Of a stretch of DNA of 64,000 nt, positions 1-10,132 are shown piece after piece. The stretch spans positions 224,001 through 288,000 of the forward strand of contig CAVSGM010000003.1 of NCBI GenBank assembly GCA_963727485.1, written 5' to 3'. The first letter of the stretch is position 1. Each line of letters starts with the position of its first letter. The position numbers and the translations under genes are program-made. Origin of the DNA: an uncultured delta proteobacterium. GTDB lineage: Bacteria; Myxococcota; Myxococcia; SLRQ01. The notes under the pieces are model-generated. The model did no database searches. It was not told the origin of the DNA and was given only the letters and a program-made list of their open reading frames with translations.

Positions 1-1098
1 TGGACCACCCTCCACGAGGAGGTCCGGCTCCGGGACGGGGTGTTCCGCTCCGCCTGGGCGGTGAAGGAGGCCGGTGACACCCGCCACGTGGTGCGCGCCC
101 ACTGGGACCCCTCGGCGGGGGTGGTGTGGGTGAGCAAGGACGGCAACGAGACCGCCGTCCCCGCCGGGGACCCCGCGGGCCTGGAGACCCTCTTCGACGC
201 CCCCCGGCGCCTGGTGCGCAGCGGGGCGGTGGGGGCGAAGCGGCGGGTCTTCGACATGCCCGAGGGGAAGGTCGGCTGGGTGGTGCTCGAGCAGGCCCGC
301 GACGCCGACGGCTGGGCGGTCACCGAGGAGCTGGGGATCCACGTGAAGACCCGGTGGGCCGACGGGGCGAGGCTCCCCGACGTCCTCTCGCTCCCCGACC
401 TGGGCCTGGTCTACACCACCACCCAGGTGGCCACCGGCGCCGGCGCCGCCGAGCCCGAGGACCTCACCGGCGGCGGGGTGAAGGTGGTGGGCAAGCTCAC
501 GCCGGCCTCCAAGGTCCTCCTCGAGCCCCGGCAGGCCTGGCCCGGGCTGGCCTGCCCGGCCCACCCGGTGGCGCTCACCGGCAGCGGGGTCCTGTGCCCG
601 GTGCAGGTCGACGACGGCGCCACCGCCTCGCCCCGCTACCGGGCCGGGCCCAAGGTCCGGGCGATGGTCCGGGGCCTGCCCGCCACGGGCCCGGTGATGG
701 CCCGGGCCAAGGCCCTCGCCCGGCGGGTCCGGGACCGGCTCCAGGGGCGCCCCGGCGGCGCCGCCCTGTGGCAGGCGGACCCGGAGACCGCCCTCGCCGA
801 GGGCGCCGGCGACTGCAACGAGGCGGCGGCGGTGTTCCTGGCCGCGGCGCCGCTGCTCCATCTCACGGCCAGGCGGCGCACCGGCCTGGTCCTCGACCCC
901 AGCCGGCCCCACAGGCTCTGGCCCCACGCCTGGGTCGAGGTGCGCGACGGCCACAGGTGGGTGCGGGTCGATCCCTCCCGGGGCCAGGCCCCGGCCACCG
1001 GGATCTACCTCGACCTCGGCGACGGGTCGCGGATCGACGCGAGGCTGCGGGCCATCGCCCCCACCCTCCACGGGGCGACGGTCAAGGTCGTGCCCTGA
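1..1098 (+). CDS. Transglutaminase-like (papain-fold) domain protein, 5' truncated by window edge
   Basis: Frame open from base 1; GDCNEAA, HAWVEV and VDPS motifs give the Cys-His-Asp triad of the transglutaminase-like superfamily. Confidence 0.75.
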   Translation, partial: WTTLHEEVRLRDGVFRSAWAVKEAGDTRHVVRAHWDPSAGVVWVSKDGNETAVPAGDPAGLETLFDAPRRLVRSGAVGAKRRVFDMPEGKVGWVVLEQARDADGWAVTEELGIHVKTRWADGARLPDVLSLPDLGLVYTTTQVATGAGAAEPEDLTGGGVKVVGKLTPASKVLLEPRQAWPGLACPAHPVALTGSGVLCPVQVDDGATASPRYRAGPKVRAMVRGLPATGPVMARAKALARRVRDRLQGRPGGAALWQADPETALAEGAGDCNEAAAVFLAAAPLLHLTARRRTGLVLDPSRPHRLWPHAWVEVRDGHRWVRVDPSRGQAPATGIYLDLGDGSRIDARLRAIAPTLHGATVKVVP

Positions 1099-1135
1099 AC
1101 CGCGATTCGGGCGCGCCCGGCGCGCCCGGCGGGCG

Positions 1136-2623
1136 CTACCAGGGCAGCCCCGGGGACACCTTGCCCCGGTCGAGGTGCGCCGGCCCCTCGAGGGTCGCCA
1201 CCGGGTAGGTGCAGTAGAGGGTGGAGAAGAGCGCCGCGGGGCGGAAGTTCCCGCTGCGCTTGATCCCGGCGAACGGCAGCTTGCTGGAGGCGCCGCAGGT
1301 GGGGGCGTTCTTGTTGATGATGCCGTAGTCGAGGTGGCGGAAGGCCCACTCGAAGCGCTTGTCGTCGGCGGTGAACACGCTTGCGGCGAAGCCGTAGTCC
1401 ACCGAGTTCGCCAGGGCCACCGCCTCCTCCACGTCGCGGACCGAGTACACGGCGACGTCGGGGCCGAAGAGCTCCTCGGTCTGGTAGGGCGACTGGTCGC
1501 GGACCTCGTGGACCCGGTGGATCCCCGGGGTGACGTACCAGCCGTCCGGGTCGTGCTCCAGGGCCCGGGGCGCGAGGATCGCCTCGGCGCCCTCGGCCTC
1601 GCCGTCGCGCACGCCCGCCAGGAACTTCTCCCGGGCGGCCTCGGTGGCCAGCGGCCCCATGAACACCCCGTCGTCGAGGGGGTCGCCCACCACCACCCGC
1701 TCGGCCTGCTCCTTGAGCCTCGCCACGAAGGCATCGACCTTCTTCTTGTGGACGATGGCCCAGCTGGTGGCGGTGCACCGCTGGCCGGCGCTCACGTAGC
1801 TCGCCCAGAGGACGTCGTGGACCGCCTTCTCCAGGTCGCAGTCGTCGAGGACGATGGCCGGGTTCTTCCCGCCCATCTCCAGGGCCAGGATCTTCCAGGG
1901 CTGGTCGAAGGTGAGCCTCCGGATCTTCTGGCCCACCGCGTAGCTGCCGGTGAACAGCACCCCGTGGATCCCCGGGTGGCCCGCGAGCGCCGAGCCCACC
2001 TGGCCGTCGCCCTGCACCAGGTTGAACACCCCCTTGGGCAGGTCGGCGTCGTCGAGGATCTCGGCGTAGAGCTGGGCGGCCGCCGGGGTCACCTCCGAGG
2101 GCTTGAGGATCACGGTGTTGCCGGTGGCCAGCGCCGGGAGGATGTGGCCGTTGGAGAGGTGCACCGGGAAGTTGAAGGGGCCGATGATCCCCAGCACCCC
2201 GTGGGGCTTGAAGGCGTAGCGGCCGCTGACGCCCTCGGGGTGCACGGTCTCCACCATCTTGAGGCCCGCCTCGATGGTGACGTCGACCTTGGCGATGCAG
2301 GCCTTGGCCTCGCCCCGGGCGTCCCACAGGGGCTTGCCCAGCTCCCGGGTGATGAGCCGGGCGAGGTCCTCCTCGCGGTTGACCAGGGCGGCCTTGATCT
2401 TCTTGAGGGACTTGATCCGGTCGGCCAGGGTGAGGGCGGCCCACTCGCCCTGGGCCCGGCGCGCGGCCTGCACCGCCTCGTCCACCGCGGCCAGCCGGAA
2501 GGGGAAGCGGCCGACCTCGTCGGTCTTGTCGCGGGCGCTGATGGAGACGATGACCCCGTCGGGGTCCTTCGCCTTCACGAAGTGGCCGCGGATGTAGTCG
2601 CCCAGGTACTCGACGGGATCCAT
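1136..2623 (-). CDS. astD: Succinylglutamate-semialdehyde dehydrogenase (ALDH family)
   Basis: Start MDPVEYLG at 2623; ALDH motifs PFNFPVHLSNGH, KPSE, FTGS, LEMGGKN, SAGQRCT, GIKRSGNFRP; directly downstream of astA. Confidence 0.85.
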   Translation of the reverse strand: MDPVEYLGDYIRGHFVKAKDPDGVIVSISARDKTDEVGRFPFRLAAVDEAVQAARRAQGEWAALTLADRIKSLKKIKAALVNREEDLARLITRELGKPLWDARGEAKACIAKVDVTIEAGLKMVETVHPEGVSGRYAFKPHGVLGIIGPFNFPVHLSNGHILPALATGNTVILKPSEVTPAAAQLYAEILDDADLPKGVFNLVQGDGQVGSALAGHPGIHGVLFTGSYAVGQKIRRLTFDQPWKILALEMGGKNPAIVLDDCDLEKAVHDVLWASYVSAGQRCTATSWAIVHKKKVDAFVARLKEQAERVVVGDPLDDGVFMGPLATEAAREKFLAGVRDGEAEGAEAILAPRALEHDPDGWYVTPGIHRVHEVRDQSPYQTEELFGPDVAVYSVRDVEEAVALANSVDYGFAASVFTADDKRFEWAFRHLDYGIINKNAPTCGASSKLPFAGIKRSGNFRPAALFSTLYCTYPVATLEGPAHLDRGKVSPGLPW

Positions 2624-2646
2624 GGGGGTCTCCAGGTCGAAGGGGT

Positions 2647-3672
2647 TCAGTCGAAGGGGACGGTATGCAGGTGGGTGCGCGGCGCCACGCCCAGGCGCTC
2701 GGCGGCCTCGGCGGGGAGGTGCACCCGGCGGCCGTCGACGCGGACCGGGGTGCGCACCGCCCGGAACCGGCGGCCGCCCTGTCTCGGCTCCACCGCCACC
2801 AGGAGCTCCCCCTCGGCGTCGCCCTCGGCGAGGGGCTCGCTCGAGAGCACCAGGCGCTGGTGGGCCTCGATGAGGGAGATCTCCTCGCGCCGGGCCACGA
2901 AGTGAGGACCGCCGTCGAAGGGATCGATGGTCTCGGCGAAGGCGAAGCCGATGCCCTCGAGCATCCGGCGCACCCCCACCGTCTCCGGGCCCACCGCGCC
3001 GATGACCCGCTGCACGCTCTTGGGGAGCAGCGTGGTGTAGATCTCCTCCTGGGGGAAGAGGGCGCGGATGAACTCCTTGTTCCCGCGGCTCAACCGGTCG
3101 GCCTCCTGGTAGTCGAGGCCGGTGAACCGGCGCCCCAGGTGCTCCCACACCCGCGAGCGGCCGTCGGGGAGCAGGGGCGGCATCAGCTCGGCGATGACCT
3201 CGTCGCGGAAGCGCTCGGGGTGCATGGCCATGAACAGGAAGCGCACGTAGGAGAGCTGCTTGCCGGGCTTGCCCTGGCGGCGCCGCTCGGGGCGGACCAC
3301 CAGGCCGCCGATCTCGGTGGGGCCCTCGTAGTTGTAGCGCAGCGCCAGCACCGGGTGGCGGAAGTGCTTCTCCAGCGAGTGGGAGTAGTGCTCCTTGACG
3401 TAGTAGTCGAAGAACACGTGGGGCGACTCGAAGGTGCCGTGCTGGGCGATGACCATCGAGGTGCCCACCAGCGCCCCGTCGTCGTCCTCGAGGACGAAGA
3501 GGTACTCCCGGCGCATGGGGTCGCGGAGGGCGCCGGAGAAGCTGCGCTGGCTCACCCGCAGCAGGCCGCGCAGGGCCTTCTCGTCCGCGGGGAGGTTCTG
3601 GGAGTCGAGGGCCTCGGCGATCTCGTAGAGCTCGGGGAGGTCTCTGGGGTCGGCGTCGCGGAGCAGGAGCAT
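2647..3672 (-). CDS. astA: Arginine N-succinyltransferase
   Basis: NLPADE, YLFVLED, TEIGGL, VIAEL, FTGLDYQEADRLS, IDPFDGGP motifs typical of AstA. Confidence 0.9.
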   Translation of the reverse strand: MLLLRDADPRDLPELYEIAEALDSQNLPADEKALRGLLRVSQRSFSGALRDPMRREYLFVLEDDDGALVGTSMVIAQHGTFESPHVFFDYYVKEHYSHSLEKHFRHPVLALRYNYEGPTEIGGLVVRPERRRQGKPGKQLSYVRFLFMAMHPERFRDEVIAELMPPLLPDGRSRVWEHLGRRFTGLDYQEADRLSRGNKEFIRALFPQEEIYTTLLPKSVQRVIGAVGPETVGVRRMLEGIGFAFAETIDPFDGGPHFVARREEISLIEAHQRLVLSSEPLAEGDAEGELLVAVEPRQGGRRFRAVRTPVRVDGRRVHLPAEAAERLGVAPRTHLHTVPFD

Positions 3673-3737
3673 GGGGCCTTGGGGGCGCCGGCCTCGCTGC
3701 CGGCGGTCGCGGGCGGCGAACTATAGTGGGCCGCCGC

Positions 3738-4574
3738 CTATTCGACAACGCGGCGGGCGGCGAGGGCCTCGAGGGTGGCGAGGCGGTCGGCGTCGACCCC
3801 GCAGGTCCCGGGCTCGGCGCCCTCGCCGGTGCCGTGGAAGTCCGAGCCGCCGGTGGTGGCCATCCCCAGGCCGGCGGCGATGCGGGCGAACCGGGCCCGG
3901 GCGTCGTCACCGTGGGCCGGGTGGTCGACCTCCAGCGCGTCGAGGCCTGCGGCGCGCAGGCGGCTGACGGCGGCCCGGTCGAGGCCGGTGTAGACCCCGG
4001 GGTGGGCGAGGGCGGCGACGCCCCCGGCGCCGTGGATCAGGGCGCAGGCCTCGGCGACCTGTGGGCGCTCCCGGTGGACGCAGGCCGGGCGCCCCTCGGC
4101 GAGGTAGCGGTCGAAGGCCTCACGCATCGAGGCCACGTGCCCGGCGGCGACGAGCGCCCGGGCGAAGTGGGGGCGCCCCAGGGTGTCGCCGGTGGCGAAC
4201 GACTCGACCGCCTCCCGGGTCACGGGGACCTGGCAGTCGGCGAGGCGTCGGAGCACCCGCTCGGCGGCCCGCTCCCGCTCGGCCCGGGCCTCGGCGAGGC
4301 GGGCGGCGAGGGCGGGATCCGCCGGGTCGACGAAGAGGCCGAGGACGTGGAGGTCCTTGCCGTTCAGATCGCAGGAGATCTCCACCCCGGGGATCACGCG
4401 GACCCCGAGGCGGGCGCCCTCGGCGGTGGCGGCGGCGACGGCGGCGAGGGTGTCGTGGTCGGTGACGGCGAGGACCGGGAGGCCCCGGCCGGCGGCGCGG
4501 GCCACCAGGGCCTCGGGGGTCAGGGTGCCGTCGGAGGCGCGGGTGTGGGCGTGGAGATCGGCGTGGACGGGCAT
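3738..4574 (-). CDS. PHP-domain phosphoesterase (TrpH/YciV-like)
   Basis: DLHAHT-SDG, VTDHD, GVEIS, AHP, GGSDFHG motifs. Confidence 0.9.
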   Translation of the reverse strand: MPVHADLHAHTRASDGTLTPEALVARAAGRGLPVLAVTDHDTLAAVAAATAEGARLGVRVIPGVEISCDLNGKDLHVLGLFVDPADPALAARLAEARAERERAAERVLRRLADCQVPVTREAVESFATGDTLGRPHFARALVAAGHVASMREAFDRYLAEGRPACVHRERPQVAEACALIHGAGGVAALAHPGVYTGLDRAAVSRLRAAGLDALEVDHPAHGDDARARFARIAAGLGMATTGGSDFHGTGEGAEPGTCGVDADRLATLEALAARRVVE

Positions 4575-4628
4575 GGGGACGTGGTGCTACACCAACCGCC
4601 CATTGCACGCCAAGCAAGGAGGCGATGG

Positions 4629-5087
4629 ATGGCGATCGAGATCGGCCAGGTGGCCCCGGACTTCACCCTGAAGGGCAACGACGACAAGGAGCACACCCTG
4701 TCGAGCTACCGCGGCAAGCCCGTGGTGCTCGCCTTCTACCCCCTGGACTTCTCGCCGGTCTGCTCCAAGGAGCACGCCTGCTTCGTCGAGGACTACGCGA
4801 AGTTCAACGAGGTCAACGCCCAGGTGCTCGGCATCAGCGTCGACTCGGCCTGGACCCACAAGGCCTTCGCCGAGAAGATGGGCATCAAGTACCCGCTGCT
4901 GGCCGACTTCCAGCCCCGGGGCGCGGTGGCGGCCACCTACGGCCTCTTCCACCCGGACAAGGGCATCACCGAGCGGGCGACGGTCATCGTCGACGGCGAG
5001 GGGAAGGTGGCCTACGTGAAGGCCCACGGGATCCCCAACGCCCGGGACGACGAGGAGCTCCTCGCCGAGCTGGCCAAGCTCGCGTAA
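4629..5087 (+). CDS. Peroxiredoxin (AhpE/BCP-like)
   Basis: APDFTL, FYPLDFSPVCSKE peroxidatic motif, GISVDS, ERAT; AAGGAGG RBS upstream. Confidence 0.9.
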   Translation: MAIEIGQVAPDFTLKGNDDKEHTLSSYRGKPVVLAFYPLDFSPVCSKEHACFVEDYAKFNEVNAQVLGISVDSAWTHKAFAEKMGIKYPLLADFQPRGAVAATYGLFHPDKGITERATVIVDGEGKVAYVKAHGIPNARDDEELLAELAKLA

Positions 5088-5159
5088 CGGTGGCGTTTCC
5101 GGCCCGCTCGTACTAGGTAGTCAGGAGCCCCGCGCCCGGGATCGGCGCGGCGCACGACC

Positions 5160-6230
5160 ATGGCCGGAAAGCGCATCGTCCACGTCATCGGGACCGGCAC
5201 CATCGGGGAGCCGCTCATCGGGCTGCTCTCCGACATGCGGCAGGCCCTCGGCATCGACGAGGTCACCTTCCACAAGAACACCCCCCGGAAGGTCGACCGC
5301 CCGAAGATCGGGAGCCTCATCCGTCGCGGGGCCCACCTCGCGGCGGACCGGCCCCGGTGGGACGGGTTCCGGGAGATCGGCAGCGTGCCGGCCTTCGAGA
5401 CCGAGGAGGCCATCGCCCGGGCCTCGGTGGTCATCGACTGCTCCCCCGAGGGGATGGCCCGGAAGAACAAGGCCCGGTGGTACGAGCGCCACGACGGGCC
5501 CCTTGGGTACATCGCCCAGGGGGGCGAGTACGGCTTCGGGAAGATGTACGCCCGGGGGATCAACGACGCGGTCCTCGACCACGAGACCGACCGGTTCATC
5601 CAGGTCGCCTCGTGCAACACCCACAACATCGCGGTGCTCCTCAACACCCTCGGGGACCCCGAGGTGGCACAGCTGGGGATCGACCACGCCGAGTTCGTGT
5701 GCCTGCGGCGCGCCAACGACATCAGCCAGGACGGCGGCTTCGTGCCCTCGCCCCAGCTCGGCCGCCACACCGAGGCCGACCACGGCACCCACCACGCCCG
5801 GGACGCCTGGGCGCTCTTCCAGACCATGGGCCTGGACCTGGACCTGTTCTCCAGCGCCCTGAAGCTCAACACCCAGTACATGCACGCCCTGTGGTTCAAG
5901 ATCCGCCTCGACCGGGAGATTGGTCGCGACGAGGTCATCGACCGCCTCGCGGCGAACACCCGGGTGGCGCTCACCGAGAAGGTCAGCGCCAACCTGGTGT
6001 TCAGCTTCGGCCGGGAGCAGGGCTACTACGGACGGCTGCTCAACCAGACGGTGGTCAGCGTCCCCACCCTCCACGTGCGGCGGGGCCGGGATGTCTACGG
6101 CTTCTGCTTCACCCCACAGGACGGCAACCCGCTCCTCTCGTCGGTGGCGGCCACCATGTGGCTGCTCCACCCCGAGACCCTGGAAGAGCGGATCGACTGC
6201 CTGCGTCCCTACATGTTCAGCGAGGTCTAG
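5160..6230 (+). CDS. GAPDH-superfamily dehydrogenase resembling archaeal (type II) GAPDH; function uncertain
   Basis: Rossmann GTGTIG, VIDCSP, QGGE, VASCNTH, RRAND, THHARD motifs. Confidence 0.6.
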   Translation: MAGKRIVHVIGTGTIGEPLIGLLSDMRQALGIDEVTFHKNTPRKVDRPKIGSLIRRGAHLAADRPRWDGFREIGSVPAFETEEAIARASVVIDCSPEGMARKNKARWYERHDGPLGYIAQGGEYGFGKMYARGINDAVLDHETDRFIQVASCNTHNIAVLLNTLGDPEVAQLGIDHAEFVCLRRANDISQDGGFVPSPQLGRHTEADHGTHHARDAWALFQTMGLDLDLFSSALKLNTQYMHALWFKIRLDREIGRDEVIDRLAANTRVALTEKVSANLVFSFGREQGYYGRLLNQTVVSVPTLHVRRGRDVYGFCFTPQDGNPLLSSVAATMWLLHPETLEERIDCLRPYMFSEV

Positions 6231-6236
6231 GGCCCC

Positions 6237-8369
6237 ATGCCCCAGCAGCCAGACACCGACGAGAAGAAGACCCGCGCCGACGAGGCCACCGAGGCCGAGG
6301 GCGCCGAGACCAAGCGCCCGGCCCGGCGCCCCCGGCGCAAGGCCGCGACCAAGGCGACCAAGGCCACGAAGGCGACCAAGGCCACCAAGGCCACCAAGGC
6401 CACCAAGGCCAAGGAGGCCAAGGAGGCCGCCGAGGCCGAGGCCCCGGGCGACCCGAAGCCCAAGGCGAGCCGGTCCACCCGGTCGCGGGGCGGCCGGCGC
6501 AAGAGCCCGGCCGCCGGGTCCAAGGCGAAGGCCCAGGCCGAGGCCGCCGAGGACGCCGAGGCCGAGGACGCCGAGGCCCTGGAAGCGTCCGCGGCGGACG
6601 ACGACGGCGAGACCCCGGCGCCCCCGCCCCCGGCCCACCCGGCGCCCACCGACCTCGACGACGACGATGAGGACGACGACGACGCCCCCCTCGACGACGA
6701 GGCGGACGACGAGGACGACGACGACCTCGATGACGTCGCGGCGGACGACGACGAGGACGAGGACGGCGACGACGACCTCGACGACGCGGACCTCGACGAG
6801 GACGAAGGAGACGACGACGAGGACGGCGACGAGGACGGCGACGAGGACGAAGACGAGGACGAAGACGAGGACGACGCGGCCGCCTCCGCCGGCGGGGCGG
6901 GCGCCGACGCGGCGGTCGACGTCGACGAGCCCGACGAGGACGCCCCGCGCCTGCGCCACGACGAGGACCTCGACCCCACCGAGCGCGCCGCCCTCGAGGC
7001 CGCGGCCCTCGACCTCGAGGAGGAAGAGGAGGCCGAGGAGGCCGCCGAGGCGGAGATCCCGAGGCACCGCCTCGACCCCGACGCCATCAAGGTGATCGGC
7101 CGCCTGCGCCGCTTCGACTACGAGGCCTACCTCGTCGGCGGCTGCGTCCGGGACCTGCTGGTGGGCCTGGAGCCCAAGGACTTCGACGTGGCCACCAGCG
7201 CCCGGCCCGAGGAGACGCGGTCGGTGTTCACCAACTGCCGGCTCATCGGCCGCCGGTTCCGCCTGGCCCACGTCTACTTCCGGGGCGGCAAGGTCATCGA
7301 GACCGCCACCTTCCGCGCCAACCCCCACGAGGACGACGCCGAGGAGGCCCCGGAGCAGGCGGATCTCTACCTCGACGAGGACAACGTCTACGGCACCGCC
7401 GAGGAGGACGCGAGGCGCCGGGACTTCACCATCAACGGGCTCTTCTACGACCCGGCGGCGGGGAAGGTCATCGACTACGTCGGCGGCCGCGCCGACCTCG
7501 ACCGCAAGGTGGTGCGGACCATCGGCGACCCGGACATCCGGATGCGCGAGGACCCGGCCCGGATCCTCCGGGCGGTGCGCTTCGCCGCCAAGCTCGGCTT
7601 CGACATCGACCCGGCCACCTTCGAGGGCATGCGCGACCACGCCCCGGAGATCCCCAAGTGCTCGCCCCCGCGGGTGCTCGAGGAGATCCTCCGGCTGATG
7701 CGCTGCGGCGCCTCCCGGGGGGCGCTGATGCTCCTCAAGGACTGCGGCGCCCTCGAGGTCCTCCTGCCTCCGGTCCACACGCACCTCGAGACCGGCGGCG
7801 ACGAGGCGGAGGTGGGCTTCTTCGCCGTCCTCGACGCCCTCGACGAGTGGGTGCGCCAGCACCGCGGCCCCCCGGACGACTCGGTGCTGCTGGCGGTCCT
7901 CCTCTCGGCGCTCTTCCCCCGGGAGGAGATGCCCAACGCCCGCAGCGAGGTCCTCGACGAGCTTTTGGCGAGCCTGGTGCGCGACTCGCGCCTGCCCCGG
8001 CGCAAGGCCGAGCGGGTGCGCCTCATTCTCGGGGCCCAGCGGATCTTCGCCGGCCAGAAGAAGCGCCGGTTCTCCGCCAAGCGCTTCGCCCGGCAGAGCT
8101 ACATCGAGGACGCCCTCATCCTCCTCGACATCCGCATCCGCGCCACCGGCGAGGACGCCCACGAGCTCAAGGCCTGGACCGACCGGGTCCGCGAGGTCGG
8201 CGGCCCCGAGCCCGAGCCCCGGGACAGTGGTCGCGGCCGGCGTGGGGGTCGGGGCGGCCGGCGCCGGGGCGGCCGTGGAGGTCGCGGCGGCGGTGGTGGC
8301 GGGCGAGGCGGAGGCGGAGGCGGCGGACGAGGCGGGCGCCGCGGTGGCGGCGGCGGCGGCGGGCGCTGA
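6237..8369 (+). CDS. pcnB: Poly(A) polymerase I with long acidic N-terminal and RGG C-terminal extensions
   Basis: VGGCVRDLL, KDFDVAT, PAP-specific signature LIGRRFRLAHV, RRDFTINGL, EDPARILRAVRF. Confidence 0.9.
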   Translation: MPQQPDTDEKKTRADEATEAEGAETKRPARRPRRKAATKATKATKATKATKATKATKAKEAKEAAEAEAPGDPKPKASRSTRSRGGRRKSPAAGSKAKAQAEAAEDAEAEDAEALEASAADDDGETPAPPPPAHPAPTDLDDDDEDDDDAPLDDEADDEDDDDLDDVAADDDEDEDGDDDLDDADLDEDEGDDDEDGDEDGDEDEDEDEDEDDAAASAGGAGADAAVDVDEPDEDAPRLRHDEDLDPTERAALEAAALDLEEEEEAEEAAEAEIPRHRLDPDAIKVIGRLRRFDYEAYLVGGCVRDLLVGLEPKDFDVATSARPEETRSVFTNCRLIGRRFRLAHVYFRGGKVIETATFRANPHEDDAEEAPEQADLYLDEDNVYGTAEEDARRRDFTINGLFYDPAAGKVIDYVGGRADLDRKVVRTIGDPDIRMREDPARILRAVRFAAKLGFDIDPATFEGMRDHAPEIPKCSPPRVLEEILRLMRCGASRGALMLLKDCGALEVLLPPVHTHLETGGDEAEVGFFAVLDALDEWVRQHRGPPDDSVLLAVLLSALFPREEMPNARSEVLDELLASLVRDSRLPRRKAERVRLILGAQRIFAGQKKRRFSAKRFARQSYIEDALILLDIRIRATGEDAHELKAWTDRVREVGGPEPEPRDSGRGRRGGRGGRRRGGRGGRGGGGGGRGGGGGGGRGGRRGGGGGGGR
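6351..6404 (+). repeat. 9-bp tandem repeat (AAGGCSACS) x6 encoding Lys-Ala-Thr within pcnB
   Basis: Read directly from the sequence. Confidence 0.85.
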
Positions 8370-8399
8370 CCCGGGCCGTCGCCCGCGCCCGCCCGGCGC

Positions 8400-9918
8400 C
8401 TAGAACCTCCGCAGGAGCCCGATGGCCTGCTTCCCCAGGTCGTAGGCCTTGCGACTGTAGGGCTGCCACCACAGCTCGCGCTTGAAGCTCGGCGCCCACC
8501 ACGCCGGCAGGTGCACGTGGCGCTCCTCGGAGAGCATCTTCAGCCCCTCGGCGCTGTGGACCTTCCCGAAGCCCGAGTCCTTCACCCCCATCCACGGGGT
8601 CTCGGGCATCCCGTAGGTGGCCAGCACGTCGTTGACCATCACCGTGCCGATGCGCAGGCGCTCGGCGACGCGCCGGCCCCGGTCGAGGTCGGCGGTGAAC
8701 ACGTAGCCCAATAGGCCCAGGTGGCTGTCGTTGGCCTTCGCCACCGCGTCGTCCTCGTCGTCGACCACCACGATGGGCACGAGCGGCCCGAAGGTCTCCT
8801 GGTGGACCACGTCCATCTCCTGGGTGACCCCGGTGAGGACCGTGGGCGCGAAGTACCGCCCGCCCTCGACCGGGCACACGGCGTCGCCCCCGGTGGCCAC
8901 CTCGGCGCCGCCTTCGACCGCCTGGGCGATCTGGGCCTTCGCCTTGTCCACCTGGGGGGCGAAGGTCACCGCACCCACGTCGGTGTCGAAGTCGGTGGGG
9001 TCGCCCTGGCGCAGCTGCTTCACCAGCTCGACGACCCGGGCGGTGAAGGGCTCGGCGACGGCCCGGTGCACGTAGACCCGCTCGCAGGAGGCGCAGATCT
9101 GCCCGGAGTTCATCAGGGCCCCGTAGACCACCGCCCGGGCGGCGCGCTCGAGGTCGGCGTCCTCGAGGATGATCGCGGGCGCCTTGCCCCCGAGCTCCAT
9201 GATGCAGGGGATGAGCCGCTCGCCGCAGCGCGCGGCGATCTTGCGGCCGGTGGCGACGCTCCCGGTGAAGCAGACCAGGTCCACGTCGCCGTCCACCAGC
9301 GCCGCGCCGGTGGCGCCGAGCCCGGTGACCACCTGGAGGAGCGCCGGGTCGAGGCCCGCCTCGTCGAAGAGGCGCTTCATCTCCAGGGCGATGAGCGGGG
9401 TCACCTCCGAGGGCTTGAGCACCACCGCGTTGCCGGCGAGCAGCGCCATGAACGCCTCGCCCATGGGGATGACGAGCGGGAAGTTCCAGGGCGCGATGAC
9501 CCCGACCACGCCCCGCGGCACGTAGTGGAGGTAGCTGCGCCGATGCTTCATCAGGTGCAGGGGGATCCGCCGGCGCCCGAGGATCTTCTTCGCCCGGTTG
9601 CCGAAGTAGCCCACCAGGTCCACGAAGGTGAGGATCTCGGCCCACATCGCCTCCTGGCGGGTCTTCCCGTTCTCCAGGGCGATGCGCTCGGTGAGGTCGT
9701 CGGCGTGGGCGACCACCAGAATCGCGCCAGCGCTTGAGCGCCTTGCCCCGCTGCTTGGGGGTCAGGGCCCCCCAGGCGGGCTGGGCGGCACGGGCGGCGG
9801 CGATGGCGGCGTCGACCTCGGCTCGGTCCATGACCGGGACCGATCCCAGGGACCGGCCGTCGACGGGGCTGGTGATCTCCAGGGAGTCGCCCGGGGGCAT
9901 CGCTTGGGCCTCGGCCAT
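8400..9918 (-). CDS. Aldehyde dehydrogenase family protein (single frameshift near 9720, probably sequencing error)
   Basis: N-terminus MAEAQ..ITSPVDG in one frame; PWNFP, KPSE, FTGS, ELGGK, NSGQICAS, ETFGP in ORF 8400..9716. Confidence 0.85.
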
Positions 9919-10040
9919 GCCCTCGAGCCTACCGCCCCGGTGGCAGCTCCGGCTACTCGGCGGCGACGTCCCGGCCCCTGGCCGGTGGCCCACCACCCGA
10001 GAGGTGAGCGCATAAAGCGCGCAAGGGTCCCGGGGCGCAC

Positions 10041-10055
10041 GCAGATTGTGCGCCA
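10041..10055 (-). promoter_or_regulatory. Candidate sigma-54 promoter for the ALDH gene
   Basis: Minus strand TGGCGCACAATCTGC fits GG-N10-GC spacing; about 120 nt upstream of ALDH start. Confidence 0.5.
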
Positions 10056-10086
10056 GCTGTCGGGCCGCCCGGGGGGCCCGCGAGGA

Positions 10087-10105
10087 AATACAGCAGTGCT
10101 GAATT
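10087..10105. promoter_or_regulatory. AT-rich 9-1-9 near-palindrome, candidate regulator site
   Basis: AATACAGCAGTGCTGAATT, 8 of 9 arm pairs match. Confidence 0.45.
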
Positions 10106-10132
10106 ACGGCGTGGGAGGGGGTGCCCGGGACC

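Noticed and set aside
6339..6870. CRISPR-like or non-coding tandem repeats
   Set aside because: Repeats are in-frame codon repeats (KAT, D/E) inside pcnB with no spacers
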